Assembly (NCBI GenBank): GCA_017885655.1
Contig: JAFNFQ010000004.1
Coordinates: 6,330 to 70,329, forward strand
DNA length: 64,000 bases
Direction: 5' to 3'
From: Methanobacteriota archaeon
GTDB taxonomy: Archaea; Thermoplasmatota; Thermoplasmata; RBG-16-68-12; JAFNFQ01
Part shown: one piece after another, positions 29,486 to 39,500 of the stretch
How positions within the stretch are numbered: position 1 is the first letter of the stretch
Layout: every line of letters starts with the position of its first letter
The notes under the pieces: model-generated
What the model was told of the DNA's origin: nothing
The model's database searches: none
What the model saw: only the letters and a program-made list of their open reading frames with translations
Position numbers and translations under genes: made by a program

Positions 29486-31197
29486 CAGTACTTCCTCTCC
29501 TGTGGTTTGTGCTTGGTGATGATGACAGGGATGTAGTCGAGGGTCGGGCCGTCGGGGGTGTAGCGGGCAAGCGTGTGCCTGAGCCATTTGCCGTCGTCCC
29601 TCTTCGGGAAGTCGGTGCGGGTGTGCGCTCCCCTCGACTCCTGACGCGCCAGGGCACCGACGATTGCCGCCTCCGCGACCTCGAGCATCGCCTCGATCTC
29701 GAAGACATGCAGGAGGTTCGTGTTGTACTCCTTCGTCTTGTCCTCGACGCGCTTGTATGACCGTTTCTTGAGGGCCTTGATAGTCTTCGCCGCCTCGTTG
29801 AGGCCTTCGCCCGTCCTGAAGACGTACATGTTCTTGTCCATCAGGCTCTGGAGCTCGCGCCTGATGACATACGGGTTCTCCGAGCCGGAGCCACGGAGCA
29901 ACTCGTCAAAGACTCTGGACTCCTCCTTCTTCACGGCGTCCACGGGGAAGCCGCTGCCGCCTGCGGAGGTGCAATACTGCGCTGCAAGACCGCCGGTGAT
30001 CGCTCCCCAGACCAGGCACGTCGTCGTGCTGTTCGATCCGAGGCGGTTCGCGCCATTGACGCTGACGCATGCGACCTCTCCCGCCGCCCAAAGACCCTTG
30101 AGCGGCGTTGCGCCGTCGATGTCCGTGTGGATGCCGCCCATGGTGAAGTGCGCGACTGGCCTGATAGGGATCGGTTCTTCGATGGGGTCGACGCCGATGA
30201 ACTTCATCGTGACCTCGCGTATCTGAGGAAGCTTCTCCAGGATCTTCTCGCGTCCCAGATGCCTCAGGTCGAGGTGGATGCACTTCATTTCCCTGAACTC
30301 GAACCCGCGCCCTTCGTTGATCTCCGTCATCTCCGACCTGGAGACCAGGTCTCTGGGCCCCAGTTCCATCTTCTGCGGGGCGTACTTCGACATGAAGCGC
30401 TCGGTCTTGTTGTTGATGAGGTAGCCGCCCTCGCCTCTGGAGGCCTCGGTGATCAGGATGCCTGTTGGGACGAGCCCTGTCGGATGGAACTGGATGAACT
30501 CCATGTCCTTGAGCGGGATTCCGGCCCTGTACGCGACGAAGTGGCCATCGGCTGTCGAGCTGTGGCCGTTCGTGGTGAAGCCGTACATCCGCCCGGCCCC
30601 GCCAGTCGCCATGATTCCCGCCTTGGCCTTGATGACGGCTAGGTTCCCCGTTGCGAGATTGATGGCGGTGAACCCTCTGAAGGTGTCGCCGTCGCGGACG
30701 ATGGAAGTGACGTACCATTCATGGTAGATCTTGACGCAATCGAACTTCTGCAGGACGCTGTAGAGGGTCTCCATCTCGAGGAAGCCGACTTTGTCCGCCG
30801 CATAGGTCGCGCGGTTGTACTCGTGTCCTCCGAAGGGCCTCTGCGCGATCTTGCCATCATCGCGCCGCGACCAGGGCATTCCCCAGTGATCCAGCTGTAT
30901 CAGCTCACCGGGGGCGAGCGTCACGAATCGCTCGACCGCGTCCTGATCAGCGAGGTAATCGCTGCCCTTGATGGTGTCGAACACGTGCGAGTCGTACGAG
31001 TCTCCCTCATCCGGGTAGAGCACCGCCGCGGAACCGCCCTCAGCCGCAACGGAGTGCGAGCGCATCGCGTGAGTCTTCGTGAAGATCGCGATGCTCAGCT
31101 TGCCCTTGCTGACCCTCGCGGCCTCGACGGCTGCCCTCATCCCGGCCAGTCCAGAGCCAATGACAGCGATGTCGTGAGTCAGGGTTTCGATGGCCAT
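29485..31197 (-). CDS. sdhA: Succinate dehydrogenase/fumarate reductase flavoprotein subunit
   Basis: FAD motif DIAVIGSGLAGMRAA, covalent-FAD His region RSHSVAAEGG, HPTG, and RLGSNS. Confidence 0.95.
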   Translation of the reverse strand: MAIETLTHDIAVIGSGLAGMRAAVEAARVSKGKLSIAIFTKTHAMRSHSVAAEGGSAAVLYPDEGDSYDSHVFDTIKGSDYLADQDAVERFVTLAPGELIQLDHWGMPWSRRDDGKIAQRPFGGHEYNRATYAADKVGFLEMETLYSVLQKFDCVKIYHEWYVTSIVRDGDTFRGFTAINLATGNLAVIKAKAGIMATGGAGRMYGFTTNGHSSTADGHFVAYRAGIPLKDMEFIQFHPTGLVPTGILITEASRGEGGYLINNKTERFMSKYAPQKMELGPRDLVSRSEMTEINEGRGFEFREMKCIHLDLRHLGREKILEKLPQIREVTMKFIGVDPIEEPIPIRPVAHFTMGGIHTDIDGATPLKGLWAAGEVACVSVNGANRLGSNSTTTCLVWGAITGGLAAQYCTSAGGSGFPVDAVKKEESRVFDELLRGSGSENPYVIRRELQSLMDKNMYVFRTGEGLNEAAKTIKALKKRSYKRVEDKTKEYNTNLLHVFEIEAMLEVAEAAIVGALARQESRGAHTRTDFPKRDDGKWLRHTLARYTPDGPTLDYIPVIITKHKPQERKY

Positions 31198-31355
31198 CCT
31201 CCTCCCGACGAACCTGCGTCGAATCGTTCAGAGAGGTTTGCGCCGCCGTGAGAAAAGGCTCTTCATTATTTAGTTATCGACCATGGAGCATGATGATGAG
31301 AAAATACTGCCACTTTGGGAATTGACAATACTGCCTCATGCAAGCGGCAATTTGC

Positions 31356-31361
31356 TTATAT
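31356..31361 (+). promoter_or_regulatory. TATA-box-like element (TTGCTTATATCC) about 24 nt upstream of GTG 31382
   Basis: Spacing is consistent with a leaderless transcript starting at the GTG of the following ORF. Confidence 0.35.
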
Positions 31362-31381
31362 CCGGCGCATGATGGTCAGCC

Positions 31382-31831
31382 GTGCCGCGGTTCTATTTCC
31401 GGGTGGTGACGGAGAGGGGCCACGGGCGGAGACTCGCGGCGGTCTGCTACGGATTGGTCGAGGGGGGAGGCGAGACGGCGAGATTCACCGTGCTCCTTGT
31501 GGACGAATGGGGGGAGAAGGAGATACTGCGCAAGGTGAAGGACTTGGGCCTCTTCGAACTAGGACAGGCATTCATCCCTTTGGGCCCCCGCTTGAAGGAA
31601 GATTTTTCGCTGACTGTCTCGCGCGCGATATCGAACGGCATATTGGTGTCGGACGAGGAATCGGCGGTCGCTCTCATCAATAAAAAGCTCTCAGAAAGCC
31701 AAGTCTTCGACGATGGCGGGCATGAGACACCACAGGATAGCCATCCGGGCAGAGAAAGGAACAAGCAGCTTGTTCAAAGGCTCTGCGCAGAGGGAGAGTC
31801 TTTCCTCAAGAGACACGCGGCTCCTTCCTGA
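31382..31831 (+). CDS. Hypothetical protein
   Basis: GTG-initiated 149-aa ORF. The first 100 aa or so read like a folded protein (FTVLLVDEWGEKEILRKVKDLGLFELGQAFIPLGPRLKEDFSLTVSRAISNGILV). No family recognised. Confidence 0.45.
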   Translation: MPRFYFRVVTERGHGRRLAAVCYGLVEGGGETARFTVLLVDEWGEKEILRKVKDLGLFELGQAFIPLGPRLKEDFSLTVSRAISNGILVSDEESAVALINKKLSESQVFDDGGHETPQDSHPGRERNKQLVQRLCAEGESFLKRHAAPS

Positions 31832-31943
31832 CCGGCCGTGCACCCGTTTCATGTGGGAAATGGATAAATACTCTACAAAAGGGTGCACAGATTCACTCTT
31901 ATACTTGGACGGTTTCTTCGGAGTCTGAAAAGGAGGATTCGAG

Positions 31944-34900
31944 ATGAGGGGCATGCTCGAAAAGAGTGGCGCCTGTCTGGCGGTTGCATTTGCGGTGATC
32001 CTCGTGGTCAGTGGCATCCCCGTGGCAACGCAAGGAAGCACGGATCAGGGCAACGAGCCGACAGGAGAGCCATCGATACTTGTGGTTGGCGAGCAGGACA
32101 AGATGAAGACAAGGAATCCGTTGCCCGCCTTGGCGAACGATGCCTGGACTCATGACGTGCTTGATCGAATCTATGACGCGGTCGGCAAGTCGCTGCCAGA
32201 GACCGAAGAGATCAAGCCGTACATCCTCAAGGGAATAGACGCGAACGAAAACGGCGTGTTCGATGCGAACGAGTATGGAGTCTTCACCAAGAATACCACG
32301 ACGAACCCCTTGGATGTTATCGCATACTACGACTTCAATGGCGTCTACTTCCACGATGGCGTCCAGGCCAACGCCAGCGACCTGTTCTTTTCCTACCAGT
32401 TGCAGGCGATGAATCCCAGGATGAATGTCGATCTGAGGGTACTCATGGATAAAGCGGGAAAAGCGGGGAGCAACTACAGCGTGACGCGTTGGCTCTTCAT
32501 GTTTTTCGCGCCGAAAGCCTGGCAGAACGAGCCTGCCGCAGGCGACCCGAATCTGCGGTTCTCGGTCAGATTCCAGTTGCAGGAGACATTCCCTTCTTTC
32601 AGCAACAAGACGCTGGCTGGTTGCACGCTCTTTCCCCGTCACGTCTGGGAGGGCACCGGCTGGAGGTTGGATCCCGGCGGGGTCGTTACCCCTCTGCACG
32701 CAGACTTCGGCCGGGCGATATATCCGGAATGGGATCAGAGGTTTGGCGAAGGCGTACCCACCACGGAAACAACCTACACACCGTTCGCCTACCTGAAATC
32801 GGATACTCCCGCAATCGACAGCGCAGAAGAGTGGCAGCCGACGGACGATGACGTGATCGGCACCGGTCCATTCTACTTCGACAGCTTCAACGAAATGTCG
32901 GCCGTCGCGCTTGTCCTCAGGAACGCCGACTACTACTCGGGCAATGACTCGAGGACGGGACAGACCATTGACCCACTCCTCACTACATACGTCCACGCGC
33001 CTTACATCAACGGGATACGATTCGTCGTCTACGCGTCGCTGACCTTGGCGATGCTCGCGCTTGAATCGGGTGCAATCGATTACTACCATGCGCGCATACC
33101 TCCCGAGTTCCTTCCGGAACTGACAGCCAATCCCGATATCCAGACATGGACGACGCCAGGCATGGGCTTCGCCTATCTCGGCTATAACATGAGGCGCCCC
33201 GCCATAGGGACTTGGCATTATGGCCAGGTGGACCGGTTCGACATCGGTCTCCACTTCAGAAAGGCGGTCGCCCATCTCATAAACAAGACGATGATCGTTC
33301 AGGACTTCCTCCAAGGATATGGAGAGGTCGGCGTGGTTCCCGTATCGCCCAACAACGTGCGATTCTACAATGCATCCGTTGCGGTGTACGACTTCAGTGA
33401 TATTCAGGCGCTGGCGGAGCTCGACTTAGCGCACCAGGACGCCATCTGGCTATCGAACAACGGCGGCGGAGCCGAGGCCGCGACCTGGTACACCAAGGAC
33501 CCGGGCACCGGAAAGTACATCCTGCCCGGCATCGGCACGGCGGAGTTCAACCTTTGGTGCCCCAACGCCGGCTACGACCCCGTCAGAGCCAACTCCTGCA
33601 CGATGATCGCGAACGAGATGTACAACCTCGGCATCAACGTCAAGGCGAAGCCGACCGCATTCAGTACGATCACCTCGCTGATTAATGCCCACGACTTCGA
33701 CATGTACATCCTCGATTGGGGAATCTGCACAACCGATCCGGACTACCTCTTCGACCTCTTCTACAGTGCGAACGCCCCCATGGGCATGAACTACGGCGGC
33801 TTCAATGACCCTCTCTCCGACTACGTGCTCGACGAGTCCAGAAAGGAAATGGACGGAAGCAGGAGGGCATGGTTGATCAAATGGGAGCAAGGGATCTTGG
33901 CGGACAAGCTGCCCTATGATACGCTCTACTACCCCACGTGCATAGAGGCGGAACGCAAGGATCGTTTCGTCGGCTGGATTCGAGATGTCTGCTCCATCTG
34001 GAACTACTGGTCGTTGCTCAACCTCACGTCTCTCGGAGTCAGCCGCCCGCCTGTCGCGTTGTTCACTGTCTCACCGCCTGGGGGAGGCATCTCCACAACG
34101 TTCGCATTCGACGCCTCGCCCTCTTATGACACCGAAGACCCGCTGTCCGCGCTGGAGGTACGCTGGGACTGGGAGGACGACGGTAACTGGGACACGGCCT
34201 GGTCTGCCGTGAAGACCGCTCAGCATCAGTACTCATCGGTGGGAACATACACGGTCCGCCTGGAGGTGAGGGACACCGATTTCGACGCGAACAGCACCAC
34301 CGACCAGATTTCCGTCTGGGCCGACTCCCCGACAGTGTCGATCACATGGCCGACACCGGGGCAGATGCTCACTCAGACGCCGATCACAGCGACAGGAACC
34401 GCCTCCGACACGGGTGGCAGCGGACTACAGCGGGTCGAGGTGAGGGTAAACGGCGGCGGGTGGGTTGACGCATCGGGGACATCGTTCTGGACAGCCGGTG
34501 TCGCCTTAGTCCCGGGTCCGAATACAATCGAGGCAAGGGCCTGGAACAACGCGGGGAATCAGTCTGCTCCGGCTTCGGTTACAGTCATTCTAGACACGCC
34601 TCCGGCGGCATCATTCTCCATCCTGCCCGATGGCGGTGACACCGACACTGTGTTCACGATGTCGGTCACCGCTTCGGACGACCAAGATCCAGTTGCGGCC
34701 CTCGGGTTCCGTTGGGATTGGGAGAATGATGGAACATGGGACACGGATTGGAGCGACGCCACAACAATCCACCATCAGTATGCCCATCTGGGAACGTACT
34801 ACATAGCGCTGGAGGTCAGGGACACGGGCGGCCTCACGAACGGCACGATCGAACACGTGAGGGTGAGGCTGGCGCCTCCGTTCGATTTGAACGCGGAGGG

Positions 34901-35288
34901 CGGAGCAGATCCTGGCACAGTTCGCATCACTTGGGATCATTCGACTCCCGAAGACGTGGATCACTACCGCGTGGCGGTCTACGATTCGGCAGATGAGACT
35001 CAGCCCGTGAGGAACGAGACCTCGGCGACCCCGGAGTTCGACGTCACCGGCCTTGAGCCGGGCAGGATGTACTGGTTCGACGTCGTGGCGGTGGACACCG
35101 CCGGCAACACATCGAATCCATCGGAGAGGATATCCGGCATCGCAACCCCGAATCCGCCGCCGGGGCAGTTCCCCTCGTGGGGCGTCGTCGCCGCAATCAT
35201 CGTGGTTTCGCTCATGGCCATGGCCGCATTCATCCTGCTGCGCCGCCGCAGGAAGGAACCGGAGGATGAACGCAAAGAAGGGACGTAA
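31944..35288 (+). CDS. Membrane-anchored extracellular solute-binding protein (family 5, Opp/Dpp-like) fused to 2 PKD domains and an FN3 domain
   Basis: Signal-like N-terminus. An SBP_bac_5-like body of about 680 aa. Two PKD-like units (F.AS.S.D......L..RWDWE(D/N)DG.WDT.WS......H.Y...GTY...LEVRD). An FN3-like unit (ITWDHSTPEDVDHYRVAVY...GLEPGRMYWFDVVAVDTAGNTS). C-terminal TM plus RRRRK anchor. Confidence 0.88.
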   Translation: MRGMLEKSGACLAVAFAVILVVSGIPVATQGSTDQGNEPTGEPSILVVGEQDKMKTRNPLPALANDAWTHDVLDRIYDAVGKSLPETEEIKPYILKGIDANENGVFDANEYGVFTKNTTTNPLDVIAYYDFNGVYFHDGVQANASDLFFSYQLQAMNPRMNVDLRVLMDKAGKAGSNYSVTRWLFMFFAPKAWQNEPAAGDPNLRFSVRFQLQETFPSFSNKTLAGCTLFPRHVWEGTGWRLDPGGVVTPLHADFGRAIYPEWDQRFGEGVPTTETTYTPFAYLKSDTPAIDSAEEWQPTDDDVIGTGPFYFDSFNEMSAVALVLRNADYYSGNDSRTGQTIDPLLTTYVHAPYINGIRFVVYASLTLAMLALESGAIDYYHARIPPEFLPELTANPDIQTWTTPGMGFAYLGYNMRRPAIGTWHYGQVDRFDIGLHFRKAVAHLINKTMIVQDFLQGYGEVGVVPVSPNNVRFYNASVAVYDFSDIQALAELDLAHQDAIWLSNNGGGAEAATWYTKDPGTGKYILPGIGTAEFNLWCPNAGYDPVRANSCTMIANEMYNLGINVKAKPTAFSTITSLINAHDFDMYILDWGICTTDPDYLFDLFYSANAPMGMNYGGFNDPLSDYVLDESRKEMDGSRRAWLIKWEQGILADKLPYDTLYYPTCIEAERKDRFVGWIRDVCSIWNYWSLLNLTSLGVSRPPVALFTVSPPGGGISTTFAFDASPSYDTEDPLSALEVRWDWEDDGNWDTAWSAVKTAQHQYSSVGTYTVRLEVRDTDFDANSTTDQISVWADSPTVSITWPTPGQMLTQTPITATGTASDTGGSGLQRVEVRVNGGGWVDASGTSFWTAGVALVPGPNTIEARAWNNAGNQSAPASVTVILDTPPAASFSILPDGGDTDTVFTMSVTASDDQDPVAALGFRWDWENDGTWDTDWSDATTIHHQYAHLGTYYIALEVRDTGGLTNGTIEHVRVRLAPPFDLNAEGGADPGTVRITWDHSTPEDVDHYRVAVYDSADETQPVRNETSATPEFDVTGLEPGRMYWFDVVAVDTAGNTSNPSERISGIATPNPPPGQFPSWGVVAAIIVVSLMAMAAFILLRRRRKEPEDERKEGT

Positions 35289-35366
35289 TGCCCGGCTGCG
35301 CCCGAGTTTGCAGCCGACGGACAAAGGTATATGTCGAGGCCGGTTTTCACGCTGCGGGGCTGAGGA

Positions 35367-36512
35367 ATGGACTTCAAGTTGACTCCAGAGCAGGAGATGA
35401 CCCGCAAGTCTGTCAGGGAGTTCGCCGAGAAGGAGATAAAGCCGATTGCGGCCGAGGTCGACAGGACCGGCGAGTTCCCCGCCAAGACCGTCGCGAAGAT
35501 GGGCGAGATGGGGCTCATGGGCATGCAGGTCCCGCCCGAGTACGAGGGGACGGGCGCCGGTGCGGTGAACTATGCCATCGCGGTCGAGGAGGTCTCGCGC
35601 GTCTGCGGCTCTCACGGCCTCATCATGGCCTCTCACAATTCCCTCTGCGTCGGGAACATCCTGATCGCCGCCAATGAAGCGCAGAAGAGGAAGTACCTGC
35701 CGGACCTCGCCACCTCCAGAAAAATGGGCGCGTGGGCACTCACCGAGCCGGGCTCGGGCTCGGATGCCGCCGGCATGACCACCATGGCGGTGAAACAAGG
35801 CAACGAATGGGTGTTGAACGGGATCAAGAACTTCATCACCAACGCCCCTGTGGCGGGGACGTTCGTCATTGTCGCGAACACCGAGCCCGAGAAGGGCAAT
35901 CACGGCATCTCCGCGTTCATCGTCTCCAAGCAGAACCCGGGGCTGAAGATCGGCAAGATCGAGGACAAGTTCGGGGTGCGCGGGTCGGCGACCAGCCAGG
36001 TCATCCTGGAGGACTGCCACGTGCCGAACGAGGACATGCTCGGCGGCTACAACGAGGGCTTCGTGAATTCCTTGAAGACGCTCGATGGCGGGAGGGTCAG
36101 CATCGCCGCGATGGCGGTGGGGATCGCCCAGGGCGCGCTGGAGGAGGCGGTCAGATACGCCAAGGAGAGGAAGCAGTTCGGCAGGCCCATCGGCGATTTC
36201 CAGGGGATACAATGGCACCTCGCGGACATGGCCTTGCAGGTGGATGCCTCGCGCCTGCTCACCTACCGCGCCGCCTGGCTGGAGGACCAGGGCAGGCCGT
36301 TCAAGACGGAAGCGGCGATGGCCAAGCTCTACGCATCCGAGACCTCCATGATGGTCTGCAACAAGGCGATACAGGTCCACGGCGGCTACGGCTACGTCAG
36401 CGACTATCCCGTGGAAAGGATGCTGAGAGATGCGAAGCTGACGGAGATAGGCGAGGGCACCAGCGAGATGCAGCGCCTCGTCATCGCGCGGGAGACCCTG
36501 AAGTCGATTTGA
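35367..36512 (+). CDS. Acyl-CoA dehydrogenase (short/medium-chain type)
   Basis: ALTEPGSGSDAAGMTT, the FITNA motif region, and C-terminal IQVHGGYGYVSDYPVERMLRDAKLTEIGEGTSEMQRLVIAR. Confidence 0.93.
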   Translation: MDFKLTPEQEMTRKSVREFAEKEIKPIAAEVDRTGEFPAKTVAKMGEMGLMGMQVPPEYEGTGAGAVNYAIAVEEVSRVCGSHGLIMASHNSLCVGNILIAANEAQKRKYLPDLATSRKMGAWALTEPGSGSDAAGMTTMAVKQGNEWVLNGIKNFITNAPVAGTFVIVANTEPEKGNHGISAFIVSKQNPGLKIGKIEDKFGVRGSATSQVILEDCHVPNEDMLGGYNEGFVNSLKTLDGGRVSIAAMAVGIAQGALEEAVRYAKERKQFGRPIGDFQGIQWHLADMALQVDASRLLTYRAAWLEDQGRPFKTEAAMAKLYASETSMMVCNKAIQVHGGYGYVSDYPVERMLRDAKLTEIGEGTSEMQRLVIARETLKSI

Positions 36513-36513
36513 C

Positions 36514-39500
36514 CTAGAGCCGCGTGAAGTCCTTCACGACAGGCTTGTCGTCGGACCTGTGTTTCATCTTGTGCTCCAAGTTCTCGTCATCGCGGAGGGG
36601 CTTGCCGCAGTTGGGGCAGTTCTCCTCGAGGATGCACGCCCTGCAGAGCTGGGCACCGCAGGAATGGGCGAGAACAGACTGCGCCCTGTGAGGGAAACAC
36701 CGCTTGACTTTCTCTTCCTCGGATGCTTTCTCCGGCGTCGGCGGGCTTGGTTTTGGCAGTGGTCTGAGCTCAGGCTTCGGTTTGACCTTCTCGATAGGGA
36801 TCTCGCGGAAGATTCTGAGCGAGGTCTCAAGCATCTTCGCCTCCATCGCCCCGATGCGGAAGTTCCTCGCGAGCCCGACCAGGGTCCATTCCTCCTTCGG
36901 CAGGGTGAGCGCCCGCCTGACCATCTCGTCGTTGCCCTGGACCTGCGAGGGTTCCATCTGGACCGATTCGACGCTCCTGATGTACCCGAGGACTTCCCTC
37001 GCATCCGTAAGGCTGCAGTCGGGCATCGCGGTCGCGATGTCGGCGAGCTGCACGCCGGATGTTGTCGGCGCGAAGCTCAGCACGGCCCCGGAGAGCTGCT
37101 CGTACCTCAGCTGTTGCGTCGGCGGGAGCTTCTCGAGGTCGACGATGGCCGGTTCCTTGACGTAGCTCACCACCTCGTCCAGGATGTCGAAGGGCACCTT
37201 GCACTCCCTGAATATCTCCTCCTTCGTCGCTGACTTCCGGTTCGCCTTCTCGAACTCGATGACGACCTTCGCGAAAGCCTCTATCTGCTGGAGGTGCGCT
37301 CTCTCAGTCGCGGTGTTCTTGCCTTCGATGGCGGGAGTGTAGCTGGGATCGAGCCTCAGGGCGAAGTCGAACGACCTCACCGCCTCCTCGTACCTCCCCA
37401 GGCCAAGTAGAGCGAGCGCCTTGCTGTTCCAGAGGGTCTTGTCGTGCGAGTCGATGCCCAAGGCGGTGTCGTACGAGTCCAGGGCGCCCTCGAAGTCACC
37501 CTTCCTCTCCAGCGCGAACCCGAGGGAGTATCTCAGGTTCTTGTCCTTAGGATCGATTATGATCGCCTGGGTGTACGCGGCGACCGCCGAGGTGAAGTCC
37601 GACAGGCGGATGTGGGCCTCGGCCTTCCCCCGCCATGCGGAGCAGTCGCGGGGGTCGAGCGTGACGGCTCTCTCGAACGCGCTGACCGCGTCCTTGTCCT
37701 TCTTCAGTGCGAGCAGCGCCTCCCCCTGCCCGCGCCAGAGCGTCGCGGAGTCGGGTTCGACGGAGGATGCCTTCTCGAAATGAATCAGCGCCTCCTCGTG
37801 CTTGCCGAGGCGCAGCAGCGCCTCTGCCTTGACCTTGACCGCGCTCTGGTTCTCCGGGTCCTTCTCGAGCAGCGGCGTCAGAGTCTTGACAGCCTCGTCG
37901 TTCTTCCCCGTCGCGATGAGCGTTCTTGCCTTGCCTGTGAGGAAATCGGGGTTCATGCTGTCAAGTAGCAATGCGTCCTCGTAGCATTTCAGGGCTTTCT
38001 CGAAGTCGTGCAGGTCGAGGTAGACTTCTCCTCTGCGGCTCAGCGCGAACCTGTCCCTCGGGCTGAGCGTGAGGACGTGTTCGAAGCACTCGAGGGCATC
38101 GTGCGGCTTCCCTAGTCTGAGGAGCAGGTCGCCGCGGCAGTTCCAGCCGCGCTTGTCCATCGAGTCGACTGCGATCGCGCCGTCGAAGGCCATGAGCGCC
38201 TCTTCGTTCATGCCAAGCACTTGATAGGCCAGACCCATGTCCTTGTACGTCTCAACGTCCTTCTTGTCAACGGCAAGTATCTCCCCGCAGGCCTTGACGA
38301 CGCCGGTGTGGTCCTTCACGTCGGAGTGGACTTTCTTCTTGAGCCTCAGGGCGTCGAGGTTTCCCGGGGAAATCAGGAGGGCCTTGTGGATCCCCGACAG
38401 GCTATCCTTGGTCCTGCCTATGGCATGCATGAGGCGCGCCCTCGCCATCCACGCCATGAGATCCTTGTGATCGGTGTCCGTCCACGACACAGCGGACTGG
38501 GCCGCTTCCTCCGACCTGCCGAGATCCTCAAGGGATGCTGTCTTCACCGCCCAGGCCTCCGGCAGTTTGCGGTCGATCGCGAGGATGCGGTTCATCATCT
38601 CGAACGCCTCCTCGTGCCGTTCCATCAGCCTGAGGACCTTGCCGGCGTTGAGCAGCGCCTCTCGATCGTTCTCGTCGATTTCGAGCAGCGCCTTAAAGCA
38701 GGACAGCGAGTCCTCGTACCTCTGCAGCCAGAGCAGGACCGACCCTTTCCTCAGAAGTGCTGTCTTGTCCTTGTCAGAGATTCCGAGAACCTTGTCGTAT
38801 GCCGCGACCGCCTCCTCGAACCTGTGGCAGCCTTCGAGCGCCATGCCCATGGCCAGCCAGGTCCGCGCGTCCTGCGAGTTGAGGCCGATCGACTTCTGGA
38901 ACGAATCCACCGCCTCTTTCGGGTCCTCAAGGTGGTAGAGCGACTCTCCCCGCCGCCGCCAGGTCTCGGCATCGTTGTTGCCCAGGGCGAGCAGTTCGTC
39001 ACACGCCTTCACGGCTTGCAGGTGGTCGCCGCGACCCGCCAGCAGGTCGGCGTAGCGCCGCCACGCGACCTGGTTAGCCGGCTCGCACTTCAGCAATGAG
39101 GAGTAGCACTTGACTGCGTTCTCGATCCGGCCTATCGCCTCCTCCGCCTGGCCCGCATCGAACCAGGCCGCCGCGTCTTTCCTATCGAGCTCAAGCAGCG
39201 CGTATGCAGATTTGATTACGCCTTTGTGGTCGCCCTGCTCCCTGTGCGTCGCTCTCTTTCCCCTGAGCGCCTCGATGTTCCTGTGGTCGAGCGACAGCAC
39301 CTCGTTGAAGGCGGATAGGGCCCCGTGGTAGTTCTTCAGGGTCAGCAGCGCCGAGCCCTTGTCGAGGAGCGTCGAGAAGTTGCGCCTATCGAGGGCGAGT
39401 ATCGCCTCACAGGTCGCTAGCAGGTCATCGTGGCGCCCCAATTCCTTCTCGCACTGTCTCTTCATGTCGAGCACGGCGATGTCCTTGGGCTCGCGCTTCA

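Noticed and set aside
34611-36380. 589-aa minus-strand ORF spanning the end of the SBP gene and most of the acyl-CoA dehydrogenase gene.
   Set aside because: It is antisense to two strongly supported genes and crosses their intergenic gap. The composition is junk-like (R/G/H/P/D rich).
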